Shown: positions 1 to 9,514 of the stretch, one piece after another | Layout of the letters: each line of letters begins with the position of its first letter | Numbering within the stretch: position 1 is the first letter of the stretch | Source of the DNA: Cyanidioschyzon merolae | Taxonomy: Eukaryota | DNA length: 64,000 nucleotides | Assembly (NCBI GenBank): GCA_000091205.1 | Contig: AP006502.2 | Direction: 5' to 3' (one strand) | Notes under the pieces: model-generated | Database searches by the model: none | Told to the model about the DNA's origin: nothing | What the model saw: the letters and a program-made list of their open reading frames with translations, nothing else | Program-made: the position numbers and the translations under genes

Positions 1-1291
1 GCTCTAGCGTGGATCCCTCCGATTCAGAGGCGTGCTCCTCAGCAGCTAACGCTGTCTCACTATAGTATTGCTTACCACCCGAGAGCGTAGCGAGCATCCG
101 CAAGAGTCCCGACGCGGCATCGATGTCGCCAGCAGTGCGCGCCTGGCGTTCTTCCATGGCGGGCCAGTGTGCGCGTGGCACGTAGACGCGACTGCGGTCT
201 TCCAGATGACACGTCCGTAGGCCTACCTCGATCGCAATGACCCAACTGAGCGCTTTACCCCAACCACAACTGTAAAGATGAGGCTGGTCAAGGGCTTCCT
301 CGCAGGGGTCTGCATGGATCCAGGTCTCCCTCGATTCGCTCCAAAACTCTGTCCAAATATGATCTTCAAAGTCGAAGACGAGTCGAACACGAGGCACCGA
401 GCACGCACAGAGGGCTAACGCAAACGCCTGGGCCCATTCTCCGCATCGGCCGCGTCGGCTTTCGGTAAGTAAAAACAGCGCGTCATTGTACCGGGGAAAG
501 CGTACGAGCGCCCCGCAACCTCGCTCGTCCGTGGGACACTCGTAGACCTCTACGCGCTCAGCTGCATGCAAAGCTTCACTGGCGGCCGGCAGGTCTACGC
601 CTTTCAAGCGAAGTGTGCGTATTCCACAGTGCTCACAGGGCGGGCTGTCCACCCACTGGAAGTGTTCTCGCTTGAACCAGTGCAGTGCCTCTCGTACAAC
701 AGCCGCAGTAAAGCAGATGTCCGCCAACGGAAGAGCATCCCCTGCTGCCGGCTGGTTATCGACCCCAATACCGGGTTCAGTTTGGGAGCGTGCTAATTGA
801 GAAAAATGGCTTTCTGCCGACTGTTCAAAGCGCTGCACTGGTACAACGCCGCTAGCTCGGGCAGCTTCGACTTTCTGAGCGTCAAGGCGGCTGGCTTGCA
901 CCCAGTGTTGCAGTATGCGGAACAGGAATGTGAGACACTTTGTCGCTGATTCTCCGCGTTTAAGCAGCAACAGGCAGGAGCGAAAAGGTCCTCGGGTGCG
1001 ACGCGCTAGTTCAGCGTGCGACTCTGCCAGCGCGCCTAGGACTGGGAGCAGCTCTTCGACGCTATGACCGCCGTCTGCACGCACTTCTGTGCCGACTTTC
1101 AAAGGCATATCCAGAGCATCGCACCAGAAAATCCAGCACAGGTGCTGCGCACTGGGCTCGATCCCTGATAAACGTTGGAGCTCGGTTCGCCAGCACGCCA
1201 GGGAAGTCGTTTCACCGATCTCTGCCCGTGAGAAAGTATAGCACATCGTCTTGCACCATACACCCAACGTTCCGTCGTCATCGTGCGCCAT
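1..1291 (-). CDS. peptide:N-glycanase (PNGase, transglutaminase-fold), 3' end truncated by the window edge
   Basis: I translated the reverse strand by hand: a stop-free frame runs from the candidate ATG at 1291-1289 to position 1. It contains FQWVDSPPCEHCG..RFPRYNDALFLLTESRRGRCGEWAQAF...DFEDHIWTEFWSE..WIHADPCE, the PNGase catalytic Cys/His/Asp core. The ORF track omits it because there is no stop inside the window. Confidence 0.7.
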   Translation of the reverse strand, partial: MAHDDDGTLGVWCKTMCYTFSRAEIGETTSLACWRTELQRLSGIEPSAQHLCWIFWCDALDMPLKVGTEVRADGGHSVEELLPVLGALAESHAELARRTRGPFRSCLLLLKRGESATKCLTFLFRILQHWVQASRLDAQKVEAARASGVVPVQRFEQSAESHFSQLARSQTEPGIGVDNQPAAGDALPLADICFTAAVVREALHWFKREHFQWVDSPPCEHCGIRTLRLKGVDLPAASEALHAAERVEVYECPTDERGCGALVRFPRYNDALFLLTESRRGRCGEWAQAFALALCACSVPRVRLVFDFEDHIWTEFWSESRETWIHADPCEEALDQPHLYSCGWGKALSWVIAIEVGLRTCHLEDRSRVYVPRAHWPAMEERQARTAGDIDAASGLLRMLATLSGGKQYYSETALAAEEHASESEGSTLE

Positions 1292-2146
1292 TTCGGACCA
1301 CCGGTTTACACCCTCGAGCAGTTGTTTCTGTTCCACGCTTGAAACGGAAAGGAAGCGTGCATGGAACTGGCGTAGAATTGAAGCCCGTCGCGCAAACGTT
1401 GCTGCGCGCACCGTTGAGACGCACACGGTCAACGGACGCGTTCGTGCTGGAGGCATTCGAACGGAACATATCCGGTGGTGCGCGTGATTGCCTTCAGAAA
1501 GGAAGCATACAAGGGTCCTGCGATCCCCGGGCGGGTGCCGAAGTGCAGTCCCAGCACCGGACGCAATATGGATCGAAAATGCAGGGACTTGCTGGCGTCT
1601 TTCCCGCATTCCGCTAGAGACGCTTGCACATCTAGCAGCGCCCAGAAATATCTGCTGGCTATGAAAAAGGTTGCGGAAACGGAACTGTAAGCGCGGGGGC
1701 GTTACTGCAGGAGTTCCAAGTGGTGCAACCCAGGCGCCCAGTTTGCAGCGGAACTCTGCAACCGCATCCCGCCGTCATGGCGAACAAGCACACAGCTTGC
1801 GCCAAGCAGACGCACATGATCGATACTTTCTCTCGCACACGACGCAAAGGATATGCATTCGACACGTATTCCGAGTTTCCTATTCCGTGGGCGATGCGTC
1901 TCCAGTACGTGTTGGCGCGTGAACGCTCCGCGTCGGCTGTCAGTACGGATCGTAGTGCTGGATGCTGGAGGCGAAGCGTCTCCATCGCACGTTTTTGAAA
2001 GCCTGCACGCATGCCGGGAGGCAGCGCGCATGCGTGCGCGCGCACGCATCGCATCGCAGCGCGCGCACGCATCCAAATCCTCCGTGCTCGTTCAAGCTCG
2101 TCTTGGGGTTGAGGATCCGCTTTTACGACAACGCAGAGAGGAACCT

Positions 2147-3433
2147 ATGTCAGTCCAACTACGCACAGCGGAGACATACGCAACACGAAGTAATAGTCAA
2201 CAGAGCTTGCTGAGAAATAGTGAGGGCGTGCAGTTCCCGCGCCGCTGCAGCGACCAGCAACTCTTGTTTCGGCAGTGTGGCTATCCGCCGTCGCTCGGGG
2301 CGAGCACAGCGGGCGTCGGTCAGAAGAGAGAGCGGTCCAACGAAGCTACGCTTACTGATTTGCTGGAGAGGGAACTGCTCCAGCGTCCAGTCGCGCGCCC
2401 TTTTGCTCGCATTCGGCGGCAGCGCGGGCACCCGAACGACGCAACGCCAGCGCAAACCCGTCGCCTCCATATGGACGGCGTGAGTCGGTTAGGTTCGCCA
2501 GCGCCCCAGCGCGTCGAGACACCGACGGAGCTCGAAAGCTGGTTGCACTCTGCGTTGAGGCCGAAAGAGGTAACCGCCTCTATCGGAGATCAGGCGGCCT
2601 CGGAGCCCGTTGGCGAGGCCCAAGTCCCCAGCATCCGTCGATTGCTGAGACTCGCTTCCCAACCGCAGCTCTCGAAGCATGCGTCGCCAAACGGGCAGCC
2701 TCGGGCTGACTCTTCTGCCCTAACGCCAAACGCAGCTGCGCAGCAACAATCACCCGGCAGTACCTCCTCACATGAATCGCCTTCATCGTTCGATTCAATT
2801 GATGAACAGGCATGCATGGGGGCGCTATTGCGAGCATCCTTAGATCCACAACGAGCGCAGCGCCTTTTAGAGTGTGGTGCTGTACAGTACCTCGTACAGA
2901 AACTTCGAGATTCCACGAATTCCCAGGTAGTGACGCAGATAGCGGCCGCGCTGGTGAACCTCGATCCCGCGACTACCCCAGTTCCGGGGCTTGCGCAGGC
3001 GCTCAGCAAAAAGCTCTCTCTGCTGACGTCTGAATGTTCCGAGCGGTTGATGCTCTACACCCTTGGAGACGGCTCGAAACCAGTCCTTAGTCGAGTTGAG
3101 ATCGACACACTTGCGCGGCACGCGCTCGCTTCACTGCCGCGGCATCTTGTCTTGCTGCGGCGACTGGCGGAGCTGAGTGCTGGCGGAGCGAACGGCCACG
3201 CCACCTTCTGGAACCATGCCGCGGTTCAACTGATCGAAAAGCTGAAGCCGGCAACAGCCGCGCAGGCAGAGCATCTCCTTGCGATCTTACAAACCATCCC
3301 CCTGGCCTGCATACAAAACAAGCGAGCAGCATTCGCCAACCATATTGTCATCCACATCGCTTCGCGCTTTCCCGATCAGAATAGTGTCCAACGAGCCGCT
3401 GTGGAACTGCTCGGAAAAATTGCTGCTGCCTAG
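2147..3433 (+). CDS. hypothetical helical-repeat (ARM/FAST-like) protein
   Basis: This is the C-terminal part of ORF 1853..3433. It includes LLECGAVQYLVQKLRDSTNSQVVTQIAAALVNL (armadillo-like) and a protein-like C-terminus. The region 1853-2146 is Arg-rich and probably a spurious N-terminal extension, so I placed the start at the in-frame ATG at 2147. Confidence 0.4.
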   Translation: MSVQLRTAETYATRSNSQQSLLRNSEGVQFPRRCSDQQLLFRQCGYPPSLGASTAGVGQKRERSNEATLTDLLERELLQRPVARPFARIRRQRGHPNDATPAQTRRLHMDGVSRLGSPAPQRVETPTELESWLHSALRPKEVTASIGDQAASEPVGEAQVPSIRRLLRLASQPQLSKHASPNGQPRADSSALTPNAAAQQQSPGSTSSHESPSSFDSIDEQACMGALLRASLDPQRAQRLLECGAVQYLVQKLRDSTNSQVVTQIAAALVNLDPATTPVPGLAQALSKKLSLLTSECSERLMLYTLGDGSKPVLSRVEIDTLARHALASLPRHLVLLRRLAELSAGGANGHATFWNHAAVQLIEKLKPATAAQAEHLLAILQTIPLACIQNKRAAFANHIVIHIASRFPDQNSVQRAAVELLGKIAAA

Positions 3434-5263
3434 TATGCGAAGCGGGTCAGTTACACATGGCGATGCGCATTCGCCGGGCGCTCCGAGCCCGTGTCTGGCC
3501 CAATCGCCCGTGTATGGACTTGAGAAGCGCCACCGTTGCCGGACAAGCAGGAGAAAATGCGCACCCGAACTACTACAGCGAACGCGCTACACTCATGTCA
3601 GCGTAAAAATAAGAAGGCCACAAACATGGGCGTATGCACTAAAGTTTGGGGCATTTCCTGCAGGCACCACCGACAGCAGGCGTTGCGGGCATTGTCTGCG
3701 ACTGGTTCCTTTTCCACCCATTTATCTCCGGCTTGCAATACACCGGTCTCGCATGTCACTTGAGCTCCGTTGTCATTAGTCGAAGGATTTTGATAACACC
3801 ATTAAAGGACAAACTACGCGGATTTCAGCTCTTGTCGACACGTTTGATGCCCAGACGATGGTTACGATCTGCGCTCCTCTAACCAGTTTCAGCTCTAGTT
3901 TCGTGTACAATCTCGGTGCTCGTGCTCCAGCGGTGACACACGGGCGTGGTCAGATGTTCCCGCATGTCCAGCGAGCATTTTCAAGCCCCCGAGTGCCGTT
4001 CAACAGCTCGTAAATACTCGCTTCATCGCTCGGTATGCGCCCATTCACGGATACAGATTGCTTGACCGGGTGCATTCCTTCGTTTGCGCTGCTGGGCGAT
4101 CGACTCGACGAGCAGTCGGTCCGTTGCACATGCCCGGCCTCACTGACGTATTCGACAGAGGATATGTGAAACTCGATGCTGTCCATGATGAAACAAGTAC
4201 CAGAAAGAAAATCCAGCCTGGAGTACAAGCCCAGGAGCTTTGATCTGTCAACGTTCGCTCCATGCCAAGCGGTGACGCATTCCCTGCTTCAAGCGATCGC
4301 TACGATGACTCAAGTCCGAGCTCAGGTAATTTTTCTCGTCCATGTAGATGTGACGTGAGCCTCTGGATACATACCGCATGAGAGGTATCAGGCTGCTGTT
4401 TCCGAATGCTGTTTCGTCGGTGGAGACAAAGAAGGGAGCATTTTTCTTTCAAACGGAATCGATTATGATGAGAGATAAACTGCTCCGTGAAATTTCAGCA
4501 TGAGCCTGTGAACGAGTCGTCAACGGGCGATGTCGAGGTTGTGGATTCTCATCAAGGCAGCGGCGCGAATGGCCATAACAGAACCGTGGGAAACTCGAAA
4601 AATGCCAGATCCGAAAGTGCTCTACGTAACGAATGGACGAGTGCGTCGCCTTGTACGCCCGCGTTTGATGATGATATCGGCTGTTTACGAAAAACTTTTC
4701 TGGTGCCGTCGCGATTCGTCTTGATGATGGTGACGGAACGCACTCCACCCGCAACGCGTCGATGGAGCCACTCTGAAACGACGATCGAGAATCCTACGAA
4801 CGATGCTTGAACCCGTAAGCCGCCATTGCTGCTCTTCGGGCGTCCAGAACATGCATCTAGATAAAAATTAGAAAAAACTTGCCATGTGGGAACAGAGCGC
4901 CCAGTATGCAGTGTTCCAGCTCAATCTGAGAGCGCACGGCAGACTTGAGACGCAGGTCAGGAGCGCCATCCCTCCCTGCGGTTGGTAAACGCACACCTCG
5001 AGCTCGTGCTGCACCGTATCCATATAGCAGGCGAGTTATGCTTGAGCTTCAGGTCTAGAGCGCAGTCTCTTAATAAAGCTGACACCCACGTCCAGCAATG
5101 TCGTGATGCACCCGATTCACCTAGCTGCCAGGCTTCGATCTGCGGGCGAGAACACTCCAGAGCATGACAATCTCCCTTCGACGCTGTCATGACATCGCTG
5201 TCTGGCTCGCTCGCTCGCTCGCTCGCTCAAACGCTGAGGCGACTTGAATCCCCCGCGAAGCAT

Positions 5264-6859
5264 TCACGAGTTTGTTTTCGAGTCAGCATCATGTTTTTGC
5301 AACTTGGAGCGAGGCTGCTGTGGTGCATTCAGAAACGAGGAGACAACCGTCGACAACAGTATGACCAGACCGCCTAGAGCGCCCTTCCAGCCGAGCCGCT
5401 CACCCAGGAAAAGCACGGATAGTGCCGCGGCAAACAGAGGCTGCGTCGCCAAAATGACTCCTGTCTCGCTCGCTGATACTCGTTTTTGGCATTGCGGCTG
5501 CACGTACGCCGAGAACGCCGATACGAGGAGGCCAGTCCAGGCAACGACCCCTACGGTCACCAAGGCGTCATACCAGCTGAGTGGCGGCAGTTCAGCACCG
5601 GCATGCACGTGCCCGTTAGATTGACTACTGAAAACAGCCCATCCAAGACTGCAAACTGTCTGTACAAGGATCTTAGTGGCCGCCAACGGTGTTGTATCGG
5701 TAATCGCACGAGCGTATCGGTCTAATCGTAATACATAGACGGAAAAAGTGAACGCAGCAAGAACCTCCAGGGAATCACCGAGCCAGTTCGACGGCACAGT
5801 GGACGTCTTATCTTGCGAAAGCAAGAACACGCCCAAAAAGGCCATACCTGAAGTGATCAACGTCTGGCTGTTGAGTTGCGAAGATCCTGGTTCCAGAAAC
5901 CCAATCCTAGCGAAAAAATCTGATAACAATGGAATAAATACAGTTTGGAGTTGCACGAGAAAGGCCGCACGCGCGGCTGGTGTGTACTCCAGCCCAATCA
6001 CCTGCGCCACATTCCCCAGAAACACATAGAGGCCGAGTTCGAGGCCACCTCGAAACCATCGATACGTATCCGACCAGAAAAGCGCCGTCAGCGTGCTCGC
6101 CAGCTCGCGAGGCGACAGCTGGGCGCCCAGGCGTCCTCCTTCACCACCATAGCCATTGGCCGCTGTCATATCAGCACCATCAGCATTACCATAATCATCA
6201 TCAACAGGAGTACTATTCGTCCTTGCCCGTCGCAAGCGTTGTTGTAGCACTAGCCACTGCGTGCGCCAAACTGGCCAGAACGTTGCACTCGACAACAACA
6301 GACGGGCAGTATTGAATAGAGCTGGTGGCGGTGGATGTTTCAATGTGTACAGCTCACGCACAGCGGGCGAAAATGAACCCCATAAAAACGCTATGAAATA
6401 GTAGAGCGCCCTGCCTGGTACCTGCAACCCTGGCAGCACTGTTACCGCTCCGGTAGACCCGGTGGTATCGGCGGCAGCAGGCTTGTTCACGTGCGGTTGC
6501 CTGCTAGGCTGCTGCTTGCGACTCACCAGTATCCTATCCTGCTCCTGCTGAGGGTCGCTCTGGTTCTGCGATCGAATTTTCCTCACCCAGAAACCTGTTC
6601 GTGTAGGTCGACGGAAGCGACGACCAGCCTCGAGCACCGTCAGCGGTACCGCACAGCGACGGAGGGCCAGCGTGCTCCGCGGAGCGCCTGCCGCTGCACA
6701 TAACGGAAGGTCGCCCAGTGCCCAGGTCAATTCAGCTTCCAGGAACATTGGTAGAGCTCGAACACTAGGGTGAACAGGAACCACGCTGGCAGTTCCTTTG
6801 CTAAGGCGTCCACTAGCGCCGCAACGTTTTCCAGTAACCGGTGAACTTGCCGCTGCCAC
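5264..6859 (-). CDS. putative multi-pass membrane transporter (EamA/DMT-like), with a low-complexity N-terminal third
   Basis: ORF of 531 aa. The C-terminal 280 aa are hydrophobic with repeated TM-like segments (LVILLSTVVSSFL, FLGVFLLS). The N-terminus has no detectable conservation, and the true start may be the downstream ATG near 6748. Confidence 0.4.
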   Translation of the reverse strand: MAAASSPVTGKRCGASGRLSKGTASVVPVHPSVRALPMFLEAELTWALGDLPLCAAAGAPRSTLALRRCAVPLTVLEAGRRFRRPTRTGFWVRKIRSQNQSDPQQEQDRILVSRKQQPSRQPHVNKPAAADTTGSTGAVTVLPGLQVPGRALYYFIAFLWGSFSPAVRELYTLKHPPPPALFNTARLLLSSATFWPVWRTQWLVLQQRLRRARTNSTPVDDDYGNADGADMTAANGYGGEGGRLGAQLSPRELASTLTALFWSDTYRWFRGGLELGLYVFLGNVAQVIGLEYTPAARAAFLVQLQTVFIPLLSDFFARIGFLEPGSSQLNSQTLITSGMAFLGVFLLSQDKTSTVPSNWLGDSLEVLAAFTFSVYVLRLDRYARAITDTTPLAATKILVQTVCSLGWAVFSSQSNGHVHAGAELPPLSWYDALVTVGVVAWTGLLVSAFSAYVQPQCQKRVSASETGVILATQPLFAAALSVLFLGERLGWKGALGGLVILLSTVVSSFLNAPQQPRSKLQKHDADSKTNS

Positions 6860-9454
6860 GACCGCCGCATACAGCGCTGCACTGGCCGTTGGTCGGATGG
6901 TGGCGGAGGCGATGGCGGATATGCTGCGGCGCTTTACATGTCGACAGATTCCCAGGATTTCAAAGACCCGGAAGGCAACACGTTCAAAGTTCGTTGCTAT
7001 GAAGCATGAGCTTTCGAAAGCGGGTTACGAAAGGTAACTCGCGTCGGGCATACCGTTCCCTTGCGGGCGAAGCGCACGTCGGCAGCGGGCGACAGCCCCG
7101 CACGCTTCACAGCGCCGAGCCCCTGCCTGAAAGAGCGTCCGCTGCGCTCGGGCGTCGCTACCCAGCAGTAAGTTCGCAGAGTAGGCCTGCACGTGCTGCA
7201 TAGTGACCGGAGCCCGTTTCCAGCAATACTTTGCGCGACTCGCAGACCATGGTTCACCGACTTGAGGTAGGCTTGCATCAGCGGTCTTCCCGTTCGCAGG
7301 CGAAACTGCACTGAGCTGCTCGTTCACCTTGAAAGGTCGCGATTGGCAAGCACGGTACAATGCAGAACATTGAGGGGGAACGGTACCGCATGTGCAAAGT
7401 GCTCACATCGATCAGCGTGCGGAACGATATGTACATCCATTTTCACGCGATACCTATCAACCATCATCATGGTTTGGCTTCTGGTGCCTCCAGACCAAAT
7501 CCCGTGCTCAGAGGATCGCGCTTCTTTCGACGCATGCTGGTGCACTCGCCCGAGGACAGCGGGAACAGCAAACGCATGTCGCCGCAGTGCATATACGCTG
7601 GATGGACGACCACTCGCTTTCGAGCAGTCGACGCTCGCGAGTATTCAGCAAACGTCTTCATCATGACGATGTCGCAGTTCCGAGGAATACGCTGTGACAC
7701 AGCGGCCGGTGTCGCGTTCCTGGCATCCCGCTCCCTTGTTGGCGCTCGTGCGTCCGCATGTGCACCGAAGGACGCACCAGTGCGCGTCTACGCATTCGGG
7801 GTACCAGCTGCGTTGCGACGCCACCGAAAACTCGCGAGTACGCGAAGCTTTGCTGGACGCACACCCTAGTATTGCTCAAAACGAGCACCAAGTAGAGCAG
7901 CACCTGCCCATGGAGTTGGTACGACAACAATGTCGTGCGTGGTAACCGAGCATTCAGGTGCTGAAGCGCGCAAACCCTTCACAACCGAAAATACCACCGT
8001 CATCGCGAGCGTCTCGCAGACAGTGCAGGAGGCGACGCGTACAACCAGGTCGCCTTGTAGGAGGCCTCCCTGGGCCGCTGGTGACCCAGCCTCTACCTGC
8101 ACCACCTTTGCGAACGGTCTCAGGTTCGACTGACCCAGACTCGTCTCAGTCCAGTCTGAGCTTTGTGCTGGCTGGTTGTCTCCGGGGCGGTGTTCCCGGC
8201 TCGAGGCAGTCCGCACCGCTGGTGCGCTCTCCACGACTCGTGACGCAGACGCTGTAGACGGTGCGGTTTGCGTGTGTGCTGGCCCGCTTGGAAGCATCTC
8301 CGGAAGCAGCCTTCCAGTTTCTTTCATTATCAGATAATAGTCGGTTTGCAGGCGCACGAGACGTTGCCAATACTGGCGGATCTGGTGTACATCGCAGTCC
8401 GAACGGGGGAAGCCGTCCTCGTGAACGAGTGGATCTCGCACCCCGGCAGGCGTGGCTTCTAAGCAGGATACCAAGTGTTCAATGTCACGCACGAATTCTT
8501 CTTACTGTAGGGCTAGCGCTAGTAGGCGCTGTACGCTGTCGGAGGTCATTTGTTCGACGTCTCAGACAGGCGAACGACGGCGCGTAGCTCCAGGCGTTGC
8601 CCCGGGAACCTTTACGGACGAGGTCGTTTACGAGGCTCAGCGTCCGAAGACCATAAAACGAAAGTATCATCGGAACTTGGCTCGAAAGGAATCTGGGCAG
8701 AGTGCTGACGCTGTATACGATTTTTGAATGACGACAACAACAGCGACAACCGGCCTCATGGCATGGTCAGAAATCGGGACTGTCGAGCAGTGGGACGCAC
8801 GAAAACCGCACAATTCAAACCAGTTTCTCATTCCAGCGTCTGTGCAGAATGGACTGCAAGAAACGGGAATAAACGTGCATCCGTAGTCGGGAAGACTGCG
8901 GCGCATAGTTTGTTTACGATCAATAAAACGAACGAAATTCCTGTTGAGTAGGGTGATGCATACCTCGCCCGCACAAGCGTAAGATACTACAATGGCTACG
9001 CTTTTGATACAGGCGTCGAGGGGTATCGTGCCAGGCCCCTGCATCCCCTTGTCTGTCAGGGCGGTACTGCGATGGGCAGTAGCGTCGGCACCAGCGACAG
9101 AACCTATAGCAAGAGTTCATTCTACGTGAGTTTCCGATGTACAATACGTTGTTTTGGCTGCAGTGCACCGGTGAGAGCACGCATGTGCCAATGCGGGGTG
9201 TCGGACACGTGTCCTTCATCGATCGGTGCAGCGTCTCGCGCGGTGCACGCATCGCGCTCAGTGCGCGCACCTAGGAGATCAGGCAGGCGTGAGACACGAC
9301 GCGCATGCCGCCGTTGAAGGGAAACGTAATCGTAATCCGTAGCGTCTAGCTCTCGTGTAAAAGTTGTATTTTCATTGACTTCATGGGCAAGTGTAGTTTT
9401 CAGTTCAATTGTGTTTGAAAACTCAAACAAGTGTATTCTAGTGTTTTGTCGCAG

Positions 9455-9462
9455 TATATAAG
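9455..9462 (+). promoter_or_regulatory. TATA box (TATATAAG) about 53 bp upstream of the Fanzor-like ATG
   Basis: Canonical eukaryotic TATA in gcagTATATAAGagg. It is followed by an A-rich leader, and the ATG is at 9515. Confidence 0.4.
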
Positions 9463-9514
9463 AGGAGCGTTCAAAGAGGGTTCTTTTTCAAAAAAAAACT
9501 AAACAAGGAAAGTT

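Noticed and set aside
465-471. GGTAAGT splice-donor-like motif on the plus strand
   Set aside because: It lies inside the minus-strand PNGase coding sequence, which reads through it without interruption.
1228-1617. Plus-strand ORF of 129 aa, along with many similar 60-250-aa ORFs antisense to real genes (for example 10640..11155 -, 43233..43988 -, 50482..51204 -, 59007..59489 -, 59772..60326 -)
   Set aside because: At about 60% GC, stop-free antisense frames of this length are expected by chance. They have Arg/Ala/Pro-rich, motif-free translations and lie opposite ORFs with strong family signatures.
1853-2146. N-terminal extensions of track ORFs (1853-2146; 18433-18609; parts of the 5264..6859, 33684..35207 and 55861..57762 N-termini)
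   Set aside because: The ORF caller uses GTG/TTG/CTG as starts; for example, 14112 is GTG. These extensions are Arg-rich and non-conserved, so internal ATGs were preferred where a presequence-like region begins.
7360-7869. HFHAIPINHHH in an element-A ORF as a possible IS200-type TnpA HuH motif
   Set aside because: No accompanying catalytic Tyr block or Y1-transposase-like context. The surrounding translation is low-complexity and frame-unstable.
8095-8130. tRNA T-loop-like string (caGGTTCGActga); repeated in copy 2 at about 36540
   Set aside because: No acceptor-stem complementarity or anticodon arm can be built around it, and it lies within repeat A. No convincing tRNA or rRNA was seen anywhere in the window.
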